DNA of 64,000 bases from Squalus acanthias (taxonomy: Eukaryota): positions 372,001-436,000 of the forward strand of contig JASTWF010000339.1 of the NCBI GenBank assembly GCA_030390025.1. The letters run 5' to 3'. The translations under genes and the position numbers were made by a program. The notes below the pieces were generated by a model that saw only the letters and a list, made by a program, of their open reading frames with translations, ran no database searches and was not told the origin of the DNA. The stretch's first letter is position 1. The number at the start of each line of letters is the position of its first letter. Below, piece after piece: positions 25,168-36,945 of this stretch.

Positions 25168-26266
25168 GGCCATACGGCCCCTCGAGCCTGCTCCATCATT
25201 CAATAAGATCATGGCTGATCATCGACCACAACTCCACTTTCCTGCCTGATCTCCATATCCCTTGATTCCCCTAGAGTCCAACAATCTATCAATCTCAGCC
25301 TTGAATATACTCAAAGACTCAGCATTCACAGCCCTCTGGGGCAGAGAATTCCAAAGATTCACAACCCTCTGAGTGAAGAGATTCCTCCTTATCTCAGTCT
25401 TAAATGGCCTCCCCCTTATCTTGAGACTATGGGCCAGAAATTCGGGTCGGAGGCTTCCCGCGGATGCAAGCCCCCGACCTGCACTTACATAGCGCGCCTG
25501 CCGTTGTGCTGTGGGCCCGCGTGGGATTCGGGTCCTGGGCCTCCTCCAGCTGCCGGTGTGCAGTGCTCGCAGATCCCAGCGGCGCAACTAGTTCGAAGCG
25601 TCCCCTGGGATCACGTGGGCCATGGGGAGCCAATCGGAGCAGGGAATCTCATTCATAGATTTGACAGGAAGACCTGTCAAATCTATGAATAGAGATCGGC
25701 CCCAACACCTAACTAAAACTTCAAATAAATTAAAAAAAACATCACATTTTAAAAATAACTATAACTTACATAAATTAACTATTTTAAACAATAATTTCAA
25801 TTTTTGAAAAAATTATTTACAGTTTTTAGCAGGGCTCAAAATAAACTTAGCTTTCTTTAAAGTATTTAAAAATAATAAACATGTGGAAAAAATGTTTTAA
25901 TTTTACTTAATTCACCGCTTACCTTGTTAAAAGCAAGCCTTGCACCTGCTTTTTCCACGTGCAGCTGCCAGGGACTTACCCGCACGGAGAAACCTGTAAA
26001 AAAAAGCCGAAGTTCGCTGCGTACGCGCTGCCTCTCCGGCGGACGCGGTTGACCCGCGAACCCCTTCCTTCACGAGACTGGAAGTTCCGGTTTCCCATGC
26101 GTGGGCGAAACCGGCACTTCCGGAAGCCCTATGGGTAAGTACACAGCGCGTACTCACCTGTGGGGACCCGAATTTCTGGGCCAATTGTCTCCTAGTTCTG
26201 GACACTCCAACCAGGGGAAACAACCTCTCAGCATCTACCCTGTCAATCCCCTTCAGAACCTTGTAT
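25168..26266 (-). mobile_element. CR1 3' end split by a MITE
   Basis: 25168-25430 plus 26186-26266 join to match the uninterrupted CR1 tail at 27435-27780. Confidence 0.8.
25431..26182. mobile_element. Non-autonomous DNA transposon (MITE; PIF/Harbinger-like ends)
   Basis: 18-bp TIRs gggccagaaattcgggtc / gacccgaatttctgggcc (1 mismatch), GC-rich subterminal regions, AT-rich core at 25710-25930. Interrupts a CR1 tail. TSD unclear. Confidence 0.75.
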
Positions 26267-27405
26267 GGACTAAGTTCCCCGAATTAGCAGGAGTTCAGGA
26301 GACGGTCAACAGACGGGTCCACACAATCGCATTTCATGAGCGGTAACCAAGCTTGTGTATAAGAACAGGCCACTTAAGCCGTTGTCAGTTGCAACAGGCT
26401 CGAGAAGATCGCGCGTGAATCCACTGTACTTCTATTCTCCAGATTGAGGGAATTATCACCCGATCTGTGTTTTGCAGCATCTTAATAAATCCTGGAGAGA
26501 CAGTCTATGTTCTTGTGAGCTTGACTATCTGGTATCAGAAACCCTGGGACTCCCGATCATTCGCATCAACCTCAGTGTGTGGAAAGGGATTCCCTGGTGT
26601 ATCCCACCCGCTGACACACCAGAGTGTCCACATTGTGTCTCAATTTCTCTGCTCCCCTCACTCACTCCAACCTCCCTCCCTCTGAGCTTGCAGTATCCCG
26701 TTCTCTCCGATCCAACCCTAACATTGTCATTAAACCTGCTGACAAGGGTGGTGATATTGTTGTGTGGCGAACCAATCTCTACTGTGCGGAGGCTGAACAC
26801 CAACTCTCTGACACCTCCTCCTACCTCCCCCTGGACCATGACCCCACTACCACATCAAGCCATTGTTTCCAGGACTGTCACTGACCTCATCTCCTCTGGA
26901 GCTCTTCCCTCCATGGCTGTCAACCTCATTGACCCCCAACCCCGCACAGCCCGCTTCTACCTCCTTCCCAAGATCCACAAACAGGGCTGCCCTGGTAGAC
27001 CCATCATTTCAGCCTGTTCTTGCCCCATGGAACTGATTTCTTCCGATCTCGACTATTTTTTCTCCCCTTGTCCAGTCTCTTCCCACCTACATTCACGACT
27101 CTTCCGCCACTTTAACAGTTTCCAGTTTCCTGGCCCCAACCATCTCCTTTTCACTATGGACATCCAATCCCTCTACACCTCCACCCCCCACCAGGACGGC
27201 TTGAGGGCGCTCCGCTTCTTCCTTGAACAAAGGCCCCACCAGTCCACATCCACCACCATCCTCCTCCGCCTGGCTGAACTTGTTCTCACAATGAACGACT
27301 TCTCCTTTGACTCCACTCGCTTCCTCCAAATTATAGGTGTTGCTATGTGAGCCCGCATGGGCCCCAGCTATGCCTGCCTTTTCGTGGGATATGTGGATCA
27401 TTCTT

Positions 27406-28035
27406 TAAGAACATAAGAAATAAGAGCAGGAGTAGGCCATACGGCCCCTCGAGCCTGCTCCGCCATTCAATAAGATCATGGCTGATCATCGACCTCAACT
27501 CCACTTTCCCGCCCGATCTCCATATCCCTGATTCTCCGAGAGTCCAACAATCTATCTATCACAGCCTTGAATGTACTCAAAGACTCAGCATTCACAGCCC
27601 TCTGGGGCAGAGAATTCCAAAGATTCACAACCCTCTGAGTGAAGAAATTCCTCCTCATCTCAGTCTTAAATGGCCTACCCCTTATCCTGAGACTATGCCC
27701 CCTAGTTCTAGACACTCTAGCCAGGGGAAACAACCTCTCAGCATCTACCCTGTCAATCCCCTTCAGAATCTTGTATGTTTCAATGAGATCACCTTTCATT
27801 CTTCTAAACTCCAGAGAGTATAGGCCCATTCGACACAATCTCTCATCATAGGACATCCCTCTCATCCCAGGAATCAATCTAGTGAACCTTCGTTGCACCG
27901 CCTCCATGACAAGTATATCCTTCCTCAGATAAGGAGAGCAAAACTGTGCACAGTACTCCAAGTGTGGTCTCACCAAGGCCTTGTACAATTGTAGCAAGAC
28001 TTCCTTACTCTTATAGTCCAACCCCTTTGCAATAT
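27406..28035 (-). mobile_element. CR1 3' end
   Basis: 181-aa CR1 ORF2 C-terminus; tail aagaacataagaaataag. Confidence 0.9.
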
Positions 28036-28291
28036 TTCTTTATATATTTTAATTTTTTTCTCTGTTTTCTCACATGGTAGCTGTTAATGTTGCTGCCATC
28101 ATTATTCACATCTCATCTCGAGCCATCATTTGTTTCTTAACTTGTCCCATTACCTCTCCTTTTGCCTCGCACCATCATCCCTTTTGTCAGTCAATCTCTC
28201 CTGCCTTCCATCCTATCACAGACCTTCCCTTTATTCTTTCCTCCCCTCCTCCCTGCCCCTGCTTAAAAATCTCTCTTCTCTAACCTTTTCC

Positions 28292-28328
28292 AGTTCTGAC
28301 GAAGGGTCCTCGACCCGAAACGTTGACT
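28292..28328 (+). ncRNA. Minimal hammerhead ribozyme, intact core
   Basis: agtt-CTGACGA-a-GGGTC ctc GACCC-GAAA-cgtt-gact: stem I with one G-U pair, palindromic ACGT stem III. Confidence 0.75.
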
Positions 28329-28829
28329 CTGTTTCTCTCTCCTCGATGCTGCCTGACCTGCTGAGTGTTTCCAGCATTTTCTGTTGGTATTTCTGTCTTG
28401 ATACTATTCGGCTGCCTGGGGCTGCACGTAGGCCGCTCTGTTCTTATCCACTAATCATTGATCATCCCATCCCCAAGCTGACTCTGTGTGAACACCTCAG
28501 ACGAGCCTGAACCTGTTCTCCCGGTTACAGAACCAGTTTGTGTCTCTCAGGAATGCCCAAGGCTCTGTTGTCTGTGCACCAACCCACTCATTACCTCACA
28601 TGTTGCAACAAGTCTGCTGCCTGAGCAGTTTGCAGTGTTATTAGGTCTGTAGGTCTGTGGGTCTCTTATCAACCAACTCCATTATCTAGACAAAGGGCCC
28701 ATCTCCTGACTTTGGGTGTTATCATTCCAAACTTCAGCATTCTCTGTCTTTTAGCTTCAATCTGTCTGTGTCCACCCAGTGACAACACTGAGCTCCTCCC
28801 TCCAACCACTAACACTCGCCCACTTGCTG

Positions 28830-29287
28830 AGAAAGAAAGACTTGCATTTATATAGCGCCTTTCACAACATCAGGATGACCCAGAGTGCTTTACAGCCAAT
28901 GAAGAACTTCTGAACTGTAGTCACTGTTGTAATGTAGGAAACGCAGCAGCCAATTGGTGCACAGCAAGCTTCCAAAAACAGCAATGTGACAATGACAAGA
29001 TAATCTATTTCAGTGATGTTGATTGAGGGATAAATATTGACCCCAGGACACCGGGGAGAACTCCCCTGCTCTTCTTCAATGTAGTGCCATGGGATCTTTT
29101 ACGTCCACCTGAAAGAGCAGACGGGGGCCTCGGTTTAACATCTCATCCGAAAGACGGCACCTCTGACAGCGCAGCACTCTCTCAGTACTGGAGTGTCAAC
29201 CTAGATTTTTATGCTCAAGTCTCTGGACTGGGACTTGAACCCACGACCTTCTGACTCAGAGGTGAGAGTGCTGCCCACTGAGCTAAA
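28830..29287 (-). mobile_element. Deu/Nin-domain SINE (paralog of 17474-17930)
   Basis: Reverse complement of the SINE at 17474. Confidence 0.75.
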
Positions 29288-29319
29288 GTGCCTGGAGCTA
29301 AGCCAGCTGGGATACTTGA

Positions 29320-30135
29320 CACAGGATTACACAGGATATACGGCACAGAAACAGGCCATTCGGCCCAACCAGTCCATGCCGGTGTTTATGCTCCACTCGA
29401 GCCTCCTCCCGTCTTTCCTCATCTAAATCTATCAGCATAACCCTCTATTCCCTTCTCCCTCATATGCTTGTCTAGCCTCCCCTTAAATGCATCGATACTA
29501 TTCGCTTCAACCACTCCCTGTGGTAGCGAGTTCCACATTCTCACCACTCTTTGGGTAAAGAAGTTTCTTCTGAATTCCCGATTGGATTTCTTGGTGACTA
29601 TCTTATATTGATGGCCTCTAGTTATGCTCTTCCCCACAAGTGGACACATTCTCTCTGTATCCACTCTATCAAAATGTTTCATAATTTTAAAGACCTCTAT
29701 TAGGTCACCCCTCAGCCTTCTTTTTTCAAGAGAAAAGAGACCCAGCCTGTTCATCCTTTCCTGATATGTATACCTTCGCATTTCTGGTATCATCCTTGTA
29801 AATCTTCTCTGCACCCTCTCCAGTGCCTCTATATCCTTTTTATAATATGGCGACCAGAACTGTACGCAGTACTCTAAGTGTGGTCTAACCAAGGTTCGAT
29901 ACAGGTTTAGCATAACTTCACTACTTTTCAATTCTATACCTCTAGAAATAAACCCTAGTGCTTGGTTTGCTTTTTTTATGGCCTTGCTAACCTGTGTCGC
30001 AACTTTTAGTAATTTGTGATTTGTACTCCGAGATCCCTTTGCTCCTCTACCCCACCTAGACTCGCACCCTCCAAGTGATAAGTGACCTCCCCATTCTTCC
30101 TACCAAAATGTAATACCTCACATTTATCTGTTCAA
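29320..30135 (-). mobile_element. CR1 3' part (paralog of 16630-17441)
   Basis: 170-aa CR1 ORF2 C-terminal ORF at 29419-29931. Confidence 0.9.
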
Positions 30136-31885
30136 CCTTGGTCACTCTGCAAAAACTCTGAAATGTTTAATAATGAAATCAGGGAGTGAAAAACCTCAGG
30201 TGAGGCAGTTTAAAAAGACAGTCCCTGACCAGAGATTGCTGGATGCTGACACTCGGTGCTCACGAGGATAGAATGTCCCATTCCCCAGGCACGGACATCC
30301 AGCACCTCGATCACAGCAACAATTCACAAAACAATGGCAATATAACTTGGAGCAGAGACGGTTAAGTGGAGATGTGACAGAGGTGCTCAAAATTATGAGG
30401 GGTTTTGATCGAGCAAACAAGGAGAAGCTGTTGTCACTGGCAGGAGGGTCGGTAACGAGAGGACACAGATTTCAGATCATTGGTGAAAGAATCTAGAGAG
30501 GAAATGAGGAGATTTTTTTTACACAGCGAATTGTGATGATCTGGAATGCACTGCCTGAATGGGAGGTGGAAGCAGATTCAATAGTAACTTTCAAAAGGGA
30601 ATTGGATATATACTAGAAGCAGAAATTTGCAGGGCTGTGGGGAAAGAGCAGGGCAGTGGGACTAATTGCATCGCTCTTTCAGAGAGCCGGCACCAGCACG
30701 ATGGGCCGAAAGGCATCCTACTGTGCTCTATGATTCTCTAACATCAGCTTCTCTCTGCTCACTAGTACTGAGAGAACAGGGAATAATCTTTAAATCCAGC
30801 CCAGTTATTGGGGGCTCTTAACATTAACAAGCCCCAGTTGCCTGAATTAACATGGTTCAGTCCTGGATGTGATTAAAGGCATCAGAAACAGTGGAATCGA
30901 CCCACCGCAGTCACAATGTGGACACTCTGGTGTGTCAGCGGGTGGGATACACCAGGGAATCCCTTTCCACACACTGAGGTTGACTCTAATGATCGGGAGT
31001 ACTAGGGTTTCGGATACCAGATAATCAAGCTCACAAGAACACAGATTGTCTCTCCAGGCTTTATTAAGAGCGCTGCATAACACAGATCGGGTGATAATTC
31101 CCTCAATCTGGAGAATAGAAGTACAGTGGATTCACGCGCGATCTTCTCGAGTCTGTTCCAACTGACAACGGCTTAAGTGGCCTGTTCTTATACACAAGCT
31201 TGGTTACCGCTCAGGAAATGGGATTGTTTGGACCCGTCTGTTGACCGTCTCCTGAACTCCTGCTAATTCAGGGAATTTAGTCCATCTGTGACCAGACTAT
31301 AACCACAAGCCCGTCTGGTTATCACACCTATACGGTCCGTGAGGTTATTATTAGATTCACACCCAGACGTTGTGCCTTTACTTGTCTGGCACTTCATCCC
31401 ATAACACGGGTACAGGGGCTCAGTAATGTTTCATTCATCAGAAAAAGACAAAGTACAACAACATACTGGTCAGCTTAACAGAATCTCATCATATTTATGG
31501 GGCCATAAATATAAATCCAGCAGGGAATTCAGGAGAAATGTCTTTACCCAGCGAGTGGTAGAATGGGGAACTCGCTACCACAAGGAGTAGTTGAGGTGAA
31601 CAGCACAGATACATTTATGGGGAAGCCACATGAGGGAGAAAGGAATGGGAGGAGATGTTGATCGGGTTAATTGAAGTAGGGTGGGTGTGGGGCATAAACA
31701 CTGGCATGGACCAGTTGGGCCGAATGGCCTGTTTCTGTGCTGTACATTCTATGTAACACCATGAACAGTCAAACAAAGGGAATCATCAGCACAACAGTCT
31801 TAAAGATTAAACAGCAGTACAAGAATTTCTAAAACATTCATCCATTCCATGTTCATGTCGCCCCAGCTGTCTGCAGGGCCCTGCG

Positions 31886-32878
31886 CTACAGAACAGTGTG
31901 AACTCGCTGGTGTCTCTTCAGGTTCCCGGAGCTTTTAAAGCTCTTACCACAGACAGAACATGTAAATATTCTCTCATCGGTGTGAACTCGCTGGTGTCGC
32001 TTCAGATCCCTGAAGCTTTTAAAGCTCTTCCCACAGTCAGAACATTTAAATGGTCTCTCATCCGTGTGAACTAGCTGGTGTACCTTCAGATCCCCGAAGC
32101 TTTTAAAGCTCTTCCCACAGTCAGAACATTTAAGTGGTCTCTCATCAGTGTGAACTCGCTGGTGTACCTTCAGATACCCAGAGCGTTTAAAGCTCTTCCC
32201 ACAGTCAGAACAGTTAAATGGTCTCTCATCAGTGTGAATTCGCTGGTGTCTCAACAGGTGGGATGACTGAGTGAATCCCATCCCACACATGGAGCAGTTG
32301 AACGGCCTCTCCCCGGTGTGAACTCGCTGGTGTGTAAGTAGGTGGGATAGCCGAGTGAATCCCTTCCCACACACAGAGCAGGTGAATGGCCTCTTTCCTG
32401 CTGTCTCCAGCTGGTGACCCTTCAGCTCCTGGGACCTTTTGAAGCTTTTCCCACAGTCGGAATGTTTCACCGGTCTCTCCCCAGTGTGAACTCGCTGGTG
32501 TGCCAACAGATTCGAGGACCGAGTGAATCTCTTCCCACACACGGAGCAGGTGAACAGAATGTCTCCTGCTTTCTCCAGCTGGTGTCTCTTCAGATCCTGG
32601 GACCTTTTAAATCTCTTCCCACAGTCAGAACATTTAATCGGTCTCTCATCACTATGAACAAGCTGGTGTCTCAGCAGGGTGGAAGAATGAGTGAAACGCT
32701 TCAAAAACACGGAGCAGGTCAACGGTCTCTCATCGGTGTGGACAAGCTGGTGTCTCAGCAGCACGGAGGGTGCAATTAATCCCTTCCCACACACGGAGCG
32801 GGTTAAAGGTCTCTCCCTAGTGTGAATTTGCTGGTGAATCATCGGAGCGGATAGCTGAGTGAATCCCTTCCCACACAC
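31886..32878 (-). CDS. C2H2 zinc-finger ORF, ~12 finger units; paralog of 13496-14656
   Basis: 330-codon open frame ending HTVL; the first six units are nearly identical to the 13496 ORF. The upstream exon start (32880-33110) is degenerate. Confidence 0.7.
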   Translation of the reverse strand: MCGKGFTQLSAPMIHQQIHTRERPLTRSVCGKGLIAPSVLLRHQLVHTDERPLTCSVFLKRFTHSSTLLRHQLVHSDERPIKCSDCGKRFKRSQDLKRHQLEKAGDILFTCSVCGKRFTRSSNLLAHQRVHTGERPVKHSDCGKSFKRSQELKGHQLETAGKRPFTCSVCGKGFTRLSHLLTHQRVHTGERPFNCSMCGMGFTQSSHLLRHQRIHTDERPFNCSDCGKSFKRSGYLKVHQRVHTDERPLKCSDCGKSFKSFGDLKVHQLVHTDERPFKCSDCGKSFKSFRDLKRHQRVHTDERIFTCSVCGKSFKSSGNLKRHQRVHTVL

Positions 32879-33264
32879 GGGGCCGGGGATTCTCCTCAGT
32901 GTGTAGCCACTGGTGTCGCTTCAGGTTCTTGTAGATTTTGAAGCTCTTTCAGAACATTTAGAAGGTCTGTCATCAGTGTGAACTCACTGGGGTGCCAGCA
33001 GATTGGAGGAGCGACTGAATCAGGTCCTGATGAATCGCGTAACTCTGTCAGATCTTGACGTGATATTTGGTTTGAGCTTCCTGTCTGTAAATGCTCCACT
33101 TCTAAAACCCTGTAAAAGGAGTGCAGAAAGGGTAAGGAGGGAGCAGGAATTTTTTTGGCTTTTTTTCCCTCAAAGAACAAACAGGGTCGAGCCGGTCCCA
33201 ATGGTGTCCAGCCATGCCCACAATAACCAGCGGGCCAGAAACAGCCCAATCCACCTCACTGACT

Positions 33265-34040
33265 TGGCCCTGAAGTTAAATCAAGTTTCATCAAATGACA
33301 TCCTTTGTGACCTGTGACAAAGGTAAACTATCTCTCCTCGTCCTTCCTGACTTGTCTGCAGCCTTTGACACGGTTGACCACTCCATCCTTCTCCAACGCC
33401 TCTCCACTGCCGTCCAGCTGGGTGGGACTGCACTCGCCTGGTTCCATTCTTATCAATCTAATCGTAGCTAGAGAATCACCTGCAACGGCTTCTCTTCCCG
33501 CTCCCGCATCGTTACCTCTGGTGCCCCCCAAGGATCTATCCTTGTGACCCTCCTATTTCTCATCTACATGCTGCCCCTTGGTGACATCATCTGAAAACAC
33601 AGCGTCAGTTTCCACATGTACGCTGACGACACCCAGGTCGACCTCACCACCACTTCTCTCGACCCCTCCACAGTGTCTAAATTGTCAGACTGCTACTCCG
33701 ACATCCAGTTCTGAATGAGCAGAAATTTTCTCCAATTAAATATTGGGAAGACCAACTGACTCCATCCCTCGCCCTAACATCTGTCTGAGGCTGAACCAGA
33801 CCGTTCGCAACCTTGGTGTCATATTTGACCCTGAAATGAGCTTCCGACCGCATATCCGCAGCATAACTAACACCGCCTACTTCCACCCCCGTAACGTCGC
33901 CCGTCTCCGCCCCTGCCTCAGCTCATCCGCTGCTGAAACCCTCATCCGGGCCTTTGTTCCCTCCAGACTTGAGGATTCCAACGCACTCCTGGCTGGCCTC
34001 CCACATTCCACCCCACGTGAACTTGAGGTCATCCAAAACT
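33265..34040 (+). mobile_element. L2 LINE RT fragment
   Basis: [32 protein letters not shown] and VRNLGVIFD in broken frames. Confidence 0.85.
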
Positions 34041-34049
34041 GCCCGTGCT

Positions 34050-34530
34050 GCAACCCCGCCCACTGCCCCTACTCCGCATGCGCCGCCGGGCGCCAGACTG
34101 CGCATGCTCGACAGGACAACCGCTCCCGAGGTTGAGCCTCTACCGCGCCTGCGCAGAGGCTCCGCATTCTGGGTGGGCCCGAGCAACCGCCAGAGTCCGG
34201 ATCACCGGCGGAAAGTGAGTTTTAGGAGGTTTTTTTATATATAGCGGAGAGAAGCGCGGGCGGGGAGATAAATAAAAAGAAAATACAAACCGGAGCGTCC
34301 CAGCGCCCTCCCGGCACCGAGCGGAGCGGATTGAGCGGCCGCAGCCCGTTGTCTTCTGCAGGGAGCCGGACTGGGGCACGTGATCAACTCCACGGCAGTG
34401 ACTGACGTGAGCTCTGACCAATAGGCAGGGTGGGCGGAGCTTGGAGGACTGAGGTGGCGGCGTGTCCTCCAACCAATCAGGGTGCCGAGGGGCGGGACTT
34501 CCGCCGCCTGCTTCTCCCGCTGCTGAGACA
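34050..34530 (-). promoter_or_regulatory. CpG-island promoter of the minus-strand ZNF gene
   Basis: CCAAT at ~34418 and ~34473, GGGCGG boxes, ACTTCCG (ETS-like), TGACGTGA, CACGTG, and GCGCATG-type motifs at 34075-34110. Confidence 0.7.
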
Positions 34531-34583
34531 AGTGGAATGCAGTAGAGGGCGCTCTTCTGAGTTTCGGGCTCAGGCATGTTCGT

Positions 34584-34910
34584 GGAGCAGTGCAGAGGGA
34601 ACTTTACTCTGCACTGTGCTTTACTCCCTCAGCACTGCACTGGAGTGGCAGCACAGAGTTTTGGACTCAAGTCTCTGGAGTGGGACTTCAACCCACAACC
34701 TTCTGACTCAGAGGCGAGAGTGCTACCGCCTGAGCCACGGCTGACACTATATATCTAACCCGTGCTGTACCTGTCCTGGGAGTGTTTGATGGGACAGTGT
34801 AGAGGGAGCTTTTCTCTGTATCTAACCTGTCCTGGGAGTGTTTGATGGGACAGTGTAGAGGGAGCTTTACTCTGTATCTAACCTGTGCTGTAATTTGCCC
34901 TGGAAGTGTT
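34584..34910 (+). repeat. Short (~3 monomer) array of the 67-bp satellite with a SINE head inserted at 34612-34747 (minus)
   Basis: ggagcagtgcagagggaactttactctgca | reverse SINE tRNA head | tctaacccgtgctgtacctgtcctgggagtgtttgatgggacag... Confidence 0.75.
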
Positions 34911-36366
34911 TACAAAGGTAAACTATTCTTCCTTGTCCTTCTCGACCTGTCTGCAGCCTTTGACACGGTTGATCACTCCATCCTCCTCCAACTCCTCTCC
35001 ACCGTCGTCCAGCTGGGTGGGACTGCACTCGCCTGGTTCCATTCTTATCTATCTTATCGTAGCCAGAGAATCACCTGCAACGGCTTCTCTTCCCGCTCCC
35101 GCATCGTTACCTCTGTGTACCCCAAGGATCTATCCTTGGCCCCCTCCTATTTCCCATCTACATGCTGCCCCTCGGCGAGATCACCGAAAACACAGCGTCA
35201 GTTTCCACATGTACGCTGACGACACACAGCTTTACCTCACCACCACTTCTCTCGACCCCTCCACAGTCTCTGAATTGTCAGACTGCTTGTCCGACATCCA
35301 GTACTGGATGAGCAGAAATTTCCACCAATTAAATATTGAGACGACCAAAGTCATTGTCTTCGGTCCCCGCGACAAACTCCGTTTCCTAGCCACGGACTCC
35401 ATCCCTAGCATCTGTCTGAGGCTGAACCACACTGTTCACAACCTTGGTGTCATATTTGACCCTGAAATAAGCTTCCATAGAAACATAGAAGATAGGAGCA
35501 GGAGTAGGCCATTCGGCCCCTCGAGCCTGCTGCGCCATTCGATGAAATCATGGCTGATCATCCAAACTCAGTACCCTGTACCTGCCGTCTCCCCATATCC
35601 CTTGATACCTTTAGCTTTAAGAAATATATCTAACTCATTCTTGAATATATTTAATGACTTGGTCTCAACTACCAACCACATATCCGCAGCATAACAAAGA
35701 CCACTTATTTCTACCTCTGTAATATCGCACTCTCCGCCCCTGCCTCAGCTCATCTGCTGCTCAAAACCCTCATCCGGGCCTTTGTTACCTCGAGACTTGA
35801 CTATTCCAACGCACTACTGACTGGCCTCCCACATTCCACCCCACGTGAACTTGAGGTCATCCAAAACTTGGCTGCCCATGTCCTAACTCGCACCAAGTCC
35901 TGTTCGCCCATCACCCACGGTGCTCGCTGGCCTATATGGCTCCCGGTTAAGCAACGGCTAGATTTAAAAATTCTCATCCTGGTTTACAAATCCCTCCATG
36001 GCCTCGTCCTCTCCCTATCTCTGTAACCTCCTCCAGCCCCACAACCCTCCAAGATCTCTGCGCTCCTCCAATTCTGGCCTCTTGAGCATCCCTGATTTTA
36101 ATCGCTCCACCATTGGTGGACGTGCCTTCAGCTGTCTAGGCCCTAAGCTCTGGAATTCCCTCCCTAAACCTCTCCGCCTCTCTACTTCGCTTTCCTCCTT
36201 TAAGATGCTCCTTAAAACCTACCTCTTTGACCAAGCTTCTGGTCATCGGTCCTAACATCTCCTTGTGTGGCTCGGTCTGGAGTTTTGTTTGATAACGCTC
36301 CTGTGAAGTGCCGAGGGACATTTCACTGTGTTAAAGGCACTACATAAATGCAAGTTGTTGTTGTTA
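34911..36366 (+). mobile_element. L2 LINE RT and 3' end (CR1 tail inserted at ~35477-35670)
   Basis: [23 protein letters not shown] and GGRAFSCLGPKLWNSLP; tail taaatgcaagttgttgttgtt. Confidence 0.9.
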
Positions 36367-36397
36367 TCAGCAGGTTTACACAACAGGTTGTCATTCC

Positions 36398-36945
36398 ATC
36401 GAATTCACAGCACAGAAACAGGCCATTGGGCCCAACAGGTCCGTGCCAGTGTTTCTGCTTCACACGAGCCTCCTCCCACCCTTCTTCATCCAACCCCATC
36501 AACACATCCTTCGATTCCTTTCACCCTCCTCTTTATCCAGCTTCCCCTTGAATGAATCTCTGCGATTCGCCTCAACCACTCCCTGTGGTAGCGAGTTCCA
36601 CATTCTCACCACTCTCTGGGGAAAGAAGTTTCCCCTGAATTCACTATTGGATTTATTAGTGACTATCTTATATTTATGACCCTAGTTTTAGACTCCCCCA
36701 CAAGTAGAAATATCTTCTCTACCTCTACCCTATCAAACCCCCTCAGCCAAGAGCCCCAGCCTGTGCAGTCTTTCCTGATAGTTATAACCTCTCCGTTCTG
36801 GTATAATTCTTGTAAATCTTTTTTGCACCTTCTCCAGTGCCTCGATATCCTTGTTTTAATACGGAGACCAGAACTGTGCTCAGTATTCTAAGTGCGGTCT
36901 AACCAAGGTTGTATCTAAGTTTAATATAACTTCTCTGCTTTTCCA
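36398..36945 (-). mobile_element. CR1 3' end
   Basis: SREVILNL..LVRPHLEY and CR1 tail on the minus strand. Confidence 0.8.

Larger units (their letters stand above)
26636..28392 (+). mobile_element. Degenerate Penelope-like element (RT part + 3' pLTR), interrupted by CR1
   Basis: IVIKPADKGG, FYLLPKIHKQGCPGRPIIS, TMDIQSLYTS and GVAM..MGPSYA motifs at 26700-27400. 3' UTR at 28040-28392. Confidence 0.85.
28397..33123 (-). repeat. Right arm of inverted segmental duplication (partner 13268-18875)
   Basis: Reverse-complement colinear with the left arm. Lacks the 16201-16410 and 18230-18810 insertions. Confidence 0.9.
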
